DNA of 64,000 nucleotides from positions 21,527 through 85,526 of the forward strand of contig JAJWFY010000009.1 in the NCBI GenBank assembly GCA_021615735.1, given 5' to 3'. Under the pieces are notes generated by a model, which ran no database searches, had not been told where the DNA came from, and saw only the letters and a list, made by a program, of their open reading frames with translations. This stretch comes from Segatella copri (lineage in GTDB: Bacteria > Bacteroidota > Bacteroidia > Bacteroidales > Bacteroidaceae). The translations under genes and the position numbers were made by a program. Shown in pieces: positions 18,301-24,480 of the stretch (position 1 is the first letter of the stretch; each line of letters opens with the position of its first letter).

Positions 18301-19307
18301 GGGTCGTCCTGATCGGCAAAGAGCCACTGCTTCTGTCCGGTCTTCGGGTTGATGAGGGTTACTCCCATACCGTCTGTAAATGCCCATACCATACCGAAAT
18401 CATCGGTATAAATCTTCTTTACCTCTTCCAGAGGCTGACTCGGGCTCTGTACGTTGATGATATCAAACTTGAAGGTGCGCGGGTTGTAGATAATCACACC
18501 CAGATTGGTTGCCAGCAGGAGTTGGTAACCTGTATTTTTCAGTTGGTTGATACGGGTTACGCCTTCTGGCATTGGTATCATGGTGAGTCGGTTCTGCAGG
18601 TCATATTTTGCCAGTTTACCGTCTTCAGTTGCCAGGAACTCATCTTCTCCCACCCCTCTGAGCCATTTGAAAGGCAGCTGGCTTGGGAATTTCGAATTGT
18701 ATACGTATGCGCCTTTGTCGGTAAGCACCCATTCTCTTCCGTGTATATCTTGATGGATGTACCATACATTTCCGCTTCTGAGTCCCTTTTCTCCTACTTT
18801 GATGAGTTCTATGTTAAGCTTGTCATAAGAATCTCCTGTTGTTCTAACAGTTATTCCATTTTCAGCTGTAATCCATGTAGTCCCGTTCTTCAATGGGTAT
18901 ACCCGGTTCACACGCAGGTCTATATTGAACATTTCGTTTATTCTTTTTCCCAATTGTCTAAACTGGCATAAATGGGTATCGTATACGTAGAGCTGCTGGT
19001 CGTATGTGATACACCATACGTTGTTGGTGTAGGATGGTTCTATTTTCAGTATACGGTTGGTTGACAGGACGTCAATATCATCCGGGTTGTCTCTGAAAGT
19101 ATGAAACTGGTAGCCGTCATAGAACGACAGTCCGTTCCATGTACTGAACCACATGAGGTTGTCTTTACCTTGTTTCAGGTCTGAGATGGTATTGGCAGCG
19201 AGTCCGTCTGTGATAGAGAATTTCCTCACATCGCAGTAGGGTACAGCTGCTGTCATGATGGTAGAGAGCAGTCCTAATAGGGTGATATATAATTTTCTTT
19301 TCATCAT
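15309..19307 (-). CDS. Hybrid two-component-system-like regulator: periplasmic beta-propeller/Y_Y_Y sensor, TM, degenerate HisKA, REC and AraC HTH, with no HATPase domain
   Basis: 1332 aa. The N-terminus has repeated propeller blades (W..T..GL..YD type). The TM segment is FLMLLLLIGIVGAIFYTY. The HisKA-like helix is FYSDAANRLRTPLTLI. An acidic K/E linker follows. The REC domain has ILVVEDNAD..ILTDVTMPVMDG..ILSAKAS..YITKPF. The HTH_AraC region has IAFAVGFTDPKYFSKVFKK. Confidence 0.9.
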   Translation of the reverse strand: MMKRKLYITLLGLLSTIMTAAVPYCDVRKFSITDGLAANTISDLKQGKDNLMWFSTWNGLSFYDGYQFHTFRDNPDDIDVLSTNRILKIEPSYTNNVWCITYDQQLYVYDTHLCQFRQLGKRINEMFNIDLRVNRVYPLKNGTTWITAENGITVRTTGDSYDKLNIELIKVGEKGLRSGNVWYIHQDIHGREWVLTDKGAYVYNSKFPSQLPFKWLRGVGEDEFLATEDGKLAKYDLQNRLTMIPMPEGVTRINQLKNTGYQLLLATNLGVIIYNPRTFKFDIINVQSPSQPLEEVKKIYTDDFGMVWAFTDGMGVTLINPKTGQKQWLFADQDDPMDRTTCESNFITQDENKTLWVVPRGGTFSYFDRKAGKLVPYLLRSNSSGNYRIPKITKYVLSDQGILWLTGSHDLTQVVFKYHPYIINKLDVGEDEVFSVNASPDGHIWTGYHNGVIQVLNASYQSIGYLSPSGQIVPQQVNFAEKGIFSIYFDIKGRAWIGTNGNGIYLIDKMQVRHFTYDANDPASLPFDKVFDIVADRTGRIWIGTYGGGIALVNEAADGSISFISKRNGLPWEKQHYDRVRRICCTTTGTILVGTTDGLITFSDAFTNARKINYHKTYYIPNDTTSLAANDVNNIMEHTSGKMYISQQGGVMEEIVNKSLLQDNLKMKYFHPININEGIVQGMVEDNQGRIWVIRESSIDCVDPKTGKCNVFGPNDFDFNMSFSNSRPYHDPASNNISVGTPMGLITFNPATLKKSNYQPKVVFSSLNYSGEKESEPILHKEKVVIPANKRNLTITFASLDYERKYQTQYLYRIDGYTAPGEWISNGSSNVIGFNRISHGNYVLKVRATNSHGVWSKYVAELPIEVRPTFWESIWGKFLMLLLLIGIVGAIFYTYNQRQRENVSHEMSMLKNEFYSDAANRLRTPLTLIGAPVKTVLETEPGITRKGKELLKMVVDNANDMLMTLDKVQRYGNNADFHTNSGLTEEDYDLAEREKANGQIDDHNASDYLEETNKQKEEKDEKAERLEEMGKEQKEAQEEAELKDQTILVVEDNADLRKFLYSILSPTYNVLLAENGKAGLVMVRKEIPDFILTDVTMPVMDGLSMIHEIKQDTTLNNIPVMILSAKASVEDQQRGFDEGVDAYITKPFSTPYLLGRIEAILTQRRNIQMDVIRKLKETGDKDAIAALRILPAAVPQPALNQAETSAENETVDPNSELAFIAAQIQDRAMMRVFRFVVAHTGNPELKIDDISNEIGMSRSVLYNKVKATTGMTPVDFVRHIRIKKACEMLRKTDDTLSSIAFAVGFTDPKYFSKVFKKETGIVPTEYRNRTQV

Positions 19308-19337
19308 TTTTTATTCGTATACGTTTATTAATCGCAA

Positions 19338-19345
19338 CAAAGGTA
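19338..19345 (-). promoter_or_regulatory. -7 box for the HTCS-like regulator
   Basis: TACCTTTG on the minus strand, 31 nt before the ATG at 19307. Confidence 0.55.
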
Positions 19346-19484
19346 GTGAAAATAAATGAGATATCGTAGTTTTAGGTGTATTTTTTTATGTTATTGCATT
19401 AAATTATTCCACTTTTCATGTTATAGGGGTAATATTTGGTTGATTTGCTGGTGGTTCTTTCTTATGTTATGCCTAACAAAAAAA

Positions 19485-19512
19485 CTCCCCCGATAAATGA
19501 ATATCGGAGGAG
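19485..19512 (-). terminator. Terminator of the T9SS cargo gene
   Basis: Stem ctcctccgata/tatcgggggag. The A8 run at 19476-19484 becomes a U-tail on the minus transcript. Confidence 0.65.
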
Positions 19513-19540
19513 CAGTAGGGGTATGTTGTATTGAATTTGA

Positions 19541-20728
19541 TTACTTCTGAATCATCTTCTTTCCGTTCTTGATGACTACACCCTTGTAAGCCTTGGTTAC
19601 CTTCTGGCCTGCGAGGTTGTAAACAGGAGCGTTCTTTGCAGCTTCGTCTGCTGTAATGTTAGTGATGCCGGTAGTTGATGCTGTAGGAGCTACAGTAGGA
19701 GCGAGTTCTAACTTGGTATTGAATGGAATGATGATACCTGTATAGTCCATTGCAGTCTCCGTATTAGGTTTGTAACCAAGTTTGAACTTGTCGAAAATCT
19801 GCATTGTCTTTTCGGCATCTGTGTAATAGTTTGTGTATTCGCCTTCTACTGCCTTTACGAGAGTAACATCTTTGATAGTAACAAGTTTGCATGCATTTTC
19901 CTGTTTTGCAGCCTCTTCTACCGTCATTTCGAAAGGCTTGACAATACCATCTGTAACTTTGATGTCTGAAGCAGCAATGTTAACTAACTCTGGAAGTTTT
20001 TTAAATTCATCATAAGAAGCCTCAATTGTTCCATTGAGAATTTGACCTGCTTTATAAGACAGAGAACTCTGGTAGATGTCTATACCACCAGTCTCATCAA
20101 CGATATAGATGTCGCCAGTGCCTATATATTGTACCTGTGCATTCTTTAAAGTCAAAATAGCTTTATTGCCGACACCAATAGCTTTAAATGCAGCAATGTT
20201 ATCTACCTTCTTTGTTTCTATAGGTTTGGCAGAACCCTTTTTCCAGATCAGAATTTTTTGGATTTGGTCATTGTTGGCATTTGTAACTTTGATGGTATAT
20301 ACCGTATTGGCAGCCTGGTTGTCTGCAGCAATTTCGTACTGGTGTGTACCTTTAGCACCTGTTGTTTGTGTACTGACAGCTTTATTACCAACAAAAATGT
20401 TTCTGGTAGTTTTACTAGATCCTCCAGCAGGGCTGATAATATCAATTCTTTCTACATCAAAGTCAAACTTAGGAAGGTTGATATATGCGTCCTTTTTTCC
20501 ATAGATGATGGCATTGTTTGATGCAAGATAGTATGCTTTTTCCGGTGCACTGACCGTAATGGTATACGTGCCATTGGTGAAATCTGTTGCATTGGTAATG
20601 CCTTGTTCTTTAGAGGCTGGCAGTTTCCAATTGTTTCCTGCAAAGTCAAAAGTTACTTCCTGTGCAAACGTAACGCTAGCTACGAACGCCAGAACCAATG
20701 ATAATGAATAGCGTAAAAATTTGTTCAT
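19541..20728 (-). CDS. Secreted protein with a T9SS C-terminal sorting domain and an OB-fold-like module
   Basis: The signal peptide is MNKFLRYSLSLVLAFVASVTFAQE. The C-terminus, PVYNLAGQKVTKAYKGVVIKNGKKMIQK, has the pattern of a type A Por-secretion tail. The middle segment, VQYIGTGDIYIVDETGGIDIYQSS..GQILNGTIEASYDEFKKLPEL, resembles the OB modules appended to extracellular nucleases. Confidence 0.75.
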   Translation of the reverse strand: MNKFLRYSLSLVLAFVASVTFAQEVTFDFAGNNWKLPASKEQGITNATDFTNGTYTITVSAPEKAYYLASNNAIIYGKKDAYINLPKFDFDVERIDIISPAGGSSKTTRNIFVGNKAVSTQTTGAKGTHQYEIAADNQAANTVYTIKVTNANNDQIQKILIWKKGSAKPIETKKVDNIAAFKAIGVGNKAILTLKNAQVQYIGTGDIYIVDETGGIDIYQSSLSYKAGQILNGTIEASYDEFKKLPELVNIAASDIKVTDGIVKPFEMTVEEAAKQENACKLVTIKDVTLVKAVEGEYTNYYTDAEKTMQIFDKFKLGYKPNTETAMDYTGIIIPFNTKLELAPTVAPTASTTGITNITADEAAKNAPVYNLAGQKVTKAYKGVVIKNGKKMIQK

Positions 20729-20852
20729 AACTTAATAATTTAAAAGGTTTAACGTATAATTAATAAACTGTTGAAACTCATTTTGTGAGCGCATTCTTAG
20801 AATTTACTTTATGCTAAAAGCATGTTCTTTGAATAATTACTTATTTATGATG

Positions 20853-20860
20853 CAAAGATA
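20853..20860 (-). promoter_or_regulatory. -7 box for the T9SS cargo gene
   Basis: TATCTTTGCATC on the minus strand, 125 nt before the ATG at 20728. Confidence 0.55.
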
Positions 20861-21052
20861 CGAAAAATATCGATACGATGTGTTAAGAAGGTGTTAAATC
20901 TTTGATACAGAGAAAGAAAGACCATCAAAACCGAAAGAAATACCACTCTGGGCAAAGAGAAATATCATCAAAAAAACTGTTGCTTTTGAAAGAATAGGGA
21001 TTTCCCCCTCAGTTTGTATCCTTTTCCCCTTTGATGCAGACGAAAAATCCAC

Positions 21053-21060
21053 TACCTTTG
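21053..21060 (+). promoter_or_regulatory. -7 box for the D/Y/W lipoprotein gene
   Basis: TACCTTTGCA, 88 nt before the ATG at 21148. Confidence 0.55.
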
Positions 21061-21147
21061 CATCGGGTTCAAGAAAGAATGCTGTTCTTCGAGAGCTCAA
21101 AAGTATAGAAGATATAAGAATATAAATAACTTAACTGATAAATTGAT

Positions 21148-21861
21148 ATGAAAAAGTTTACTACTCTTCTCACAATGGCTTTCATAGCTTTGATGAGCAT
21201 CTCATTCACTTCATGTGATGATGACGATTACTGGTATGATGATTATTATTGGTATGATGACTATAATCATGGTGGCTGGGGATGGAACCAGGACTACTGG
21301 AATAATGGTTCTAACAGCTCTCAGAACAATTACCTGCTGTCTGAGGCTCAGACCCTTATTGGCGACTGGAGAGGCTCTGTGCTGCTCTCTGAGCTTGCAG
21401 AGGATGGGCAGTCACGTGACAATTACAGTTTCAATGCCGAGATGACGTTCTATCAGACGGGTAACAAGGTTAATACTCTCTGCGGTGATGGTATAGAACA
21501 GGATTATATTGAAGAAACGGGTGAAACCCAGACCCTGAAGTTTACCTGGTATATCGATAATAATGGTGATATTTATATCCGTTATAATAAATCTGGTTTT
21601 ACTTATGTGATGGATTTGGGCTCTTCTCAGAGTGGTTTCTTTCTAGGTGAAGAAAAGGGCCGTGATGTGTTCTATGGTTATATGATAGGAACAGGAGCAG
21701 CTAAGGGCGATGTCATGTATATCGATTTGGAGCGTTACGATCCGAGTGGAGCCCGTAAGAAGACCCGTTCAGCTGCAACCGATTCCGTAGCTCCTAGCTT
21801 CGGTAAGGCTACCGGCAGGGCATTCATGCCACATGCTATCAAGAAGTTGCCAAGAAGATGA
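21148..21861 (+). CDS. Lipoprotein with a D/Y/W-rich low-complexity N-terminus, function unknown
   Basis: The lipobox is ISFTSC, immediately followed by DDDDYWYDDYYWYDDYNHGGWGWNQDYWNNGSNSS. The C-terminal ~170 aa looks like a globular beta-rich domain. Confidence 0.75.
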   Translation: MKKFTTLLTMAFIALMSISFTSCDDDDYWYDDYYWYDDYNHGGWGWNQDYWNNGSNSSQNNYLLSEAQTLIGDWRGSVLLSELAEDGQSRDNYSFNAEMTFYQTGNKVNTLCGDGIEQDYIEETGETQTLKFTWYIDNNGDIYIRYNKSGFTYVMDLGSSQSGFFLGEEKGRDVFYGYMIGTGAAKGDVMYIDLERYDPSGARKKTRSAATDSVAPSFGKATGRAFMPHAIKKLPRR

Positions 21862-21872
21862 TGATATAAACA

Positions 21873-22111
21873 AAAGAAAGAGGGTGTGTCATAAGTTTAT
21901 GATTCACCCTCTTCTTGTTGTTGGATGAGATAGGATATGTTGTTGGATGAGATAGGATATGTTGTTGGAAGAGATAGGATATGTTGTTGGAAGAGATAGG
22001 ATATGTTATTGAGACAGTCAGTATCTTCGGCCGCACAACAGCTGATGTGCATGCGTTGCTCAACTGTTATGCGCCAACTATTATCCAGACTTATGACACA
22101 CCCTCTTCTTT
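21873..22111. repeat. Three copies of a ~20-bp word AAGA(A)GAGGGTGTGTCATAAG bracketing the tandem array
   Basis: Copy 1 is 21873-21895 (+). Copy 2 is 21897-21916 (inverted and imperfect), forming a local hairpin with copy 1. Copy 3 is 22090-22111 (inverted), matching the copy-1 core at 17 of 17 positions. Confidence 0.85.
21917..22012 (+). repeat. 22-bp tandem repeat x4 plus a partial unit
   Basis: GTTGTTGGATGAGATAGGATAT x2, then GTTGTTGGAAGAGATAGGATAT x2, then GTTATTGAG. Confidence 0.9.
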
Positions 22112-22131
22112 GTTTGTATATAGCCTTTTAT

Positions 22132-23175
22132 TTAAAACCCCAGATTCTTGATGATTTCTGCATCTACGTTTTCCACTTCCTTCTCGATTCCATCAGGGAG
22201 ATTACAGAAGAAGTCGATGCCGGTTTTGTCTTCCAGCGTCTTGATGTTTACGATATGGTTGCCGAGCTTATCGCCCTTTTCAAATGCCTTGTTCTCGTGA
22301 GGGAACCAGTAGCCGAAAGCACTGTATTTGTGCTTGTTACTTTCCGTATCAAACGCTTTTTCCAATATTGCTACAAAGAAATACTTTGGTACTGGGATGT
22401 AACCTGTTGTTGCAGTATAGACCGTTTGTCTTCCGTTGATATATTCAATAATGTTTTCAGGACTGTCTATAGTACCGCCTTTTACAACAAATAGAGTATC
22501 CTTGTCATTTATTATAGCATTGGCTTTTTTCCTCAAGGCGTTCTCCATTTGTATCCATGTTCCGTTCTGGTTGAATTTGGCATATTGTGGTTGCATGTTG
22601 GTCAGAAAGTCTGTCTGTCTTTCCTGGGTACTGTTTAATCTTCTGTCGCCTGATGGGCAGATGTGTCCATGATCATATCTTCCATTGCCTTTATATGGAT
22701 CATAAGTGAAGTCTACCACTCCATATAGAGACTTTAAATCTGTATCAGATGGATAATCATCTTTAGGTCTACTAACAATGTTTTTATTGTTTCCTGTATG
22801 GAAAGTATAGCAACTCCATCTCTGGCTCTTCATGTTGTCGTCCCATTCTGTAGAATAGTTCAACATACCTGTGGTTTTATCTATGTGAACGATGGCATAG
22901 CTGGTACCATTGTTCTTGAGTTTTGGGAACTCCAGACCGCCGATAGCGTTTCTTACCACTTGTGGCATGTTGGCAGTAACCACATTCTTGTTTGTATTGT
23001 TCTTATCGGTTGACTCACCACCGGTATTGCCACCTGTGCTTCCACCACCCGTATTATCGCCACCGGTAGTACCACCGTTTTCGGGATAATAGAACTGCAG
23101 CGAATCATCAGTACCGCAGGCAGAGAAGGTCATCGCAGCTACGAGTGCGAAGATAAAAAACTTAGTATGCTTCAT
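22132..23175 (-). CDS. DNA/RNA non-specific endonuclease (Serratia NucA family) lipoprotein
   Basis: The lipobox is MTFSAC, followed by a G/T-rich linker (GGTTGGDNTGGGSTGGNTGGEST). The catalytic block YDHGHICPSGDRR..FLTNMQPQ corresponds to the DRGH..N..PQ motif of beta-beta-alpha-metal nucleases. Confidence 0.85.
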   Translation of the reverse strand: MKHTKFFIFALVAAMTFSACGTDDSLQFYYPENGGTTGGDNTGGGSTGGNTGGESTDKNNTNKNVVTANMPQVVRNAIGGLEFPKLKNNGTSYAIVHIDKTTGMLNYSTEWDDNMKSQRWSCYTFHTGNNKNIVSRPKDDYPSDTDLKSLYGVVDFTYDPYKGNGRYDHGHICPSGDRRLNSTQERQTDFLTNMQPQYAKFNQNGTWIQMENALRKKANAIINDKDTLFVVKGGTIDSPENIIEYINGRQTVYTATTGYIPVPKYFFVAILEKAFDTESNKHKYSAFGYWFPHENKAFEKGDKLGNHIVNIKTLEDKTGIDFFCNLPDGIEKEVENVDAEIIKNLGF

Positions 23176-23274
23176 AATTCTCGATAATGTTTATTAAGTT
23201 AAAGATTTAGTACTTTCTATATATAGAGATATGTAGAAAATCGATTGTATGAGGAATAGTAGTGAGAGAAAAAA

Positions 23275-23314
23275 AGTGCATTCCTACGTATATGCAACTA
23301 CGCTGGAATGCACT
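23275..23314 (-). terminator. Terminator of rpmE
   Basis: Stem agtgcattcc/ggaatgcact. The A7 run at 23268-23274 becomes a U-tail on the minus transcript. Confidence 0.6.
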
Positions 23315-23361
23315 CTGTATCTAAGCGATAATAAATATATCCTTATAAAAAAGGTATATTA

Positions 23362-23613
23362 TTACTTCTTCAATTTGCCGTAACGGTTCATGAAGCGGTC
23401 TACACGACCCGCTGTATCAACGAGCTTGCTCTTACCTGTGTAGAATGGGTGAGATGTGCTAGAGATTTCAATCTTAACAACTGGATAAGTCTCGCCTTCG
23501 AACTCAACAGTGTCGTTAGTCTTGCATGTAGACTGAGAGAGGAACATATCGCCGTTAGACATATCCTTGAATACTACAGGACGATAATTCTCTGGATGAA
23601 TACCTTTTTTCAT
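23362..23613 (-). CDS. rpmE: 50S ribosomal protein L31 (type B, lacking the CxxC Zn ribbon)
   Basis: [54 protein letters not shown] is the L31 signature. The Zn-binding cysteines are absent. Confidence 0.95.
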   Translation of the reverse strand: MKKGIHPENYRPVVFKDMSNGDMFLSQSTCKTNDTVEFEGETYPVVKIEISSTSHPFYTGKSKLVDTAGRVDRFMNRYGKLKK

Positions 23614-23731
23614 TTTTCTTTTTTTATTTTTATTGGGTTATTAAAATTAGACGTCATGGGGATGCTTGTTGCATCATTTCGTGTCCCTTATCGGGGCATG
23701 CCCATTATAGCCTGTTATCAATTTCAGGCTG

Positions 23732-23739
23732 CAAAGTTA
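23732..23739 (-). promoter_or_regulatory. -7 box for rpmE
   Basis: TAACTTTGCAG on the minus strand, 119 nt before the ATG at 23613. Confidence 0.55.
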
Positions 23740-23877
23740 CGCTTTTTTCCTGAAACCACCAAATATTTCTTCTTCTTTTTAAGAAATATTTTGGAAAAGA
23801 GCGAGTTATTCATTCATAAATTGTTTTTGAACGGATGGAAGTCAATACTTTTTGTTTTGCCACTCACCCCAGTTTTA

Positions 23878-24088
23878 CCCCACACGCCCTGAAAGGGCAG
23901 AAGCTCCTAGCCCAGGGCACCGCCCTGGGGATATTGACAGTTCGCAAGACGCCCTGTAAGGGCAAAAGCTTTAAAAACATTCGGGTTCAATGAAAGCTTT
24001 TGCCCTTACAGGGCGACAGGTTTGTGCCCGTAATTACCCAGGGCGATGCCCTGAGCTAGGAGCTTCTGCCCTTTCAGGGCGTGTGGGG
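23878..24088. repeat. 211-bp GC-rich nested palindrome (MITE/REP-like element or structured RNA)
   Basis: The outer arms 23878-23929 and 24037-24088 are complementary at 50 of 52 positions. The inner arms 23950-23972 and 23993-24015 are complementary at 23 of 23 positions. The loop is 20 nt. Each arm also has local hairpins (gccctgaaagggc, cccagggcaccgccctggg, gccctgtaagggc). Confidence 0.85.
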
Positions 24089-24125
24089 CAAATTTAGAAT
24101 GGCAATTAATTTTTCTTTTGTCATT

Positions 24126-24287
24126 TTAGCTCAAATTCATTTCACGCAAAAACTCTTTCATCATTTTGATGAACTTTGGATCCATTTTTGTCTGCCCTGG
24201 ATGAGCTTCCACCCATTCAGCTCTTTCTATGAATTTTCTTGCTTCCTCGCCGTGAAGCGTAGGAATGACTCTGATTGGTGTTGCCAT
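24126..24287 (-). CDS. Unlisted small ORF (53 aa), hypothetical
   Basis: The translation is MATPIRVIPTLHGEEARKFIERAEWVEAHPGQTKMDPKFIKMMKEFLREMNLS. It falls below the 60-aa cut-off of the ORF track. It has its own -7 box (24327-24334) 40 nt upstream and is followed by the 211-bp palindrome. The overlapping + ORF 24081..24305 looks spurious. Confidence 0.5.
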   Translation of the reverse strand: MATPIRVIPTLHGEEARKFIERAEWVEAHPGQTKMDPKFIKMMKEFLREMNLS

Positions 24288-24326
24288 AATTTTATCTGTT
24301 TATGAGTTTATTTTATAATTCTGCTG

Positions 24327-24334
24327 CAAAGATA
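24327..24334 (-). promoter_or_regulatory. -7 box for the 53-aa ORF
   Basis: TATCTTTGCAGC on the minus strand, 40 nt before the ATG at 24287. Confidence 0.55.
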
Positions 24335-24403
24335 AGAAAGTTTTCTGAAACATGCAAGGAAAGGGGGATAAATCTTTGATATTTAACAATATGGATGAAA
24401 AAA

Positions 24404-24442
24404 ATCCCCATCGCCTCGGCTTGTGTAGAGGACGATGGGGAT
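24404..24442. terminator. Bidirectional terminator after the barrel/lipoprotein operon
   Basis: 10-bp stem atccccatcg/cgatggggat, flanked by an A-run and a T7 run. Confidence 0.6.
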
Positions 24443-24480
24443 TGGTATTTTTTTCTAATACATAATATCTACTCAGGGAA

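Noticed and set aside
20894-21100. A 68-aa minus ORF upstream of the T9SS cargo gene.
   Set aside because: It lies upstream of that gene's promoter with no promoter of its own. It overlaps the + strand promoter of the lipoprotein gene and has no motif.
21917-22012. A possible mini-CRISPR array, also considered for the heptad arrays.
   Set aside because: The repeats are strictly tandem with no unique spacers, the unit lengths (22 and 7 nt) are wrong, and no cas genes are in the window.
21873-22111. An invertible promoter (inverton): 17-22-bp inverted repeats flanking about 190 bp.
   Set aside because: The segment lies between the 3' ends of two convergent genes. It contains no TAnnTTTG box in either orientation, and no tyrosine or serine recombinase gene is nearby. 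I kept it only as a repeat and alternative-pairing observation.
20895-24381. The word TAAATCTTTGATA at 20895-20907 and 24369-24381 (with a weaker inverted copy at about 23200-23212) as an alternative promoter type.
   Set aside because: There are only two good copies, the spacing to downstream genes is inconsistent, and the 24369 copy has no gene downstream on its strand. The evidence is insufficient.
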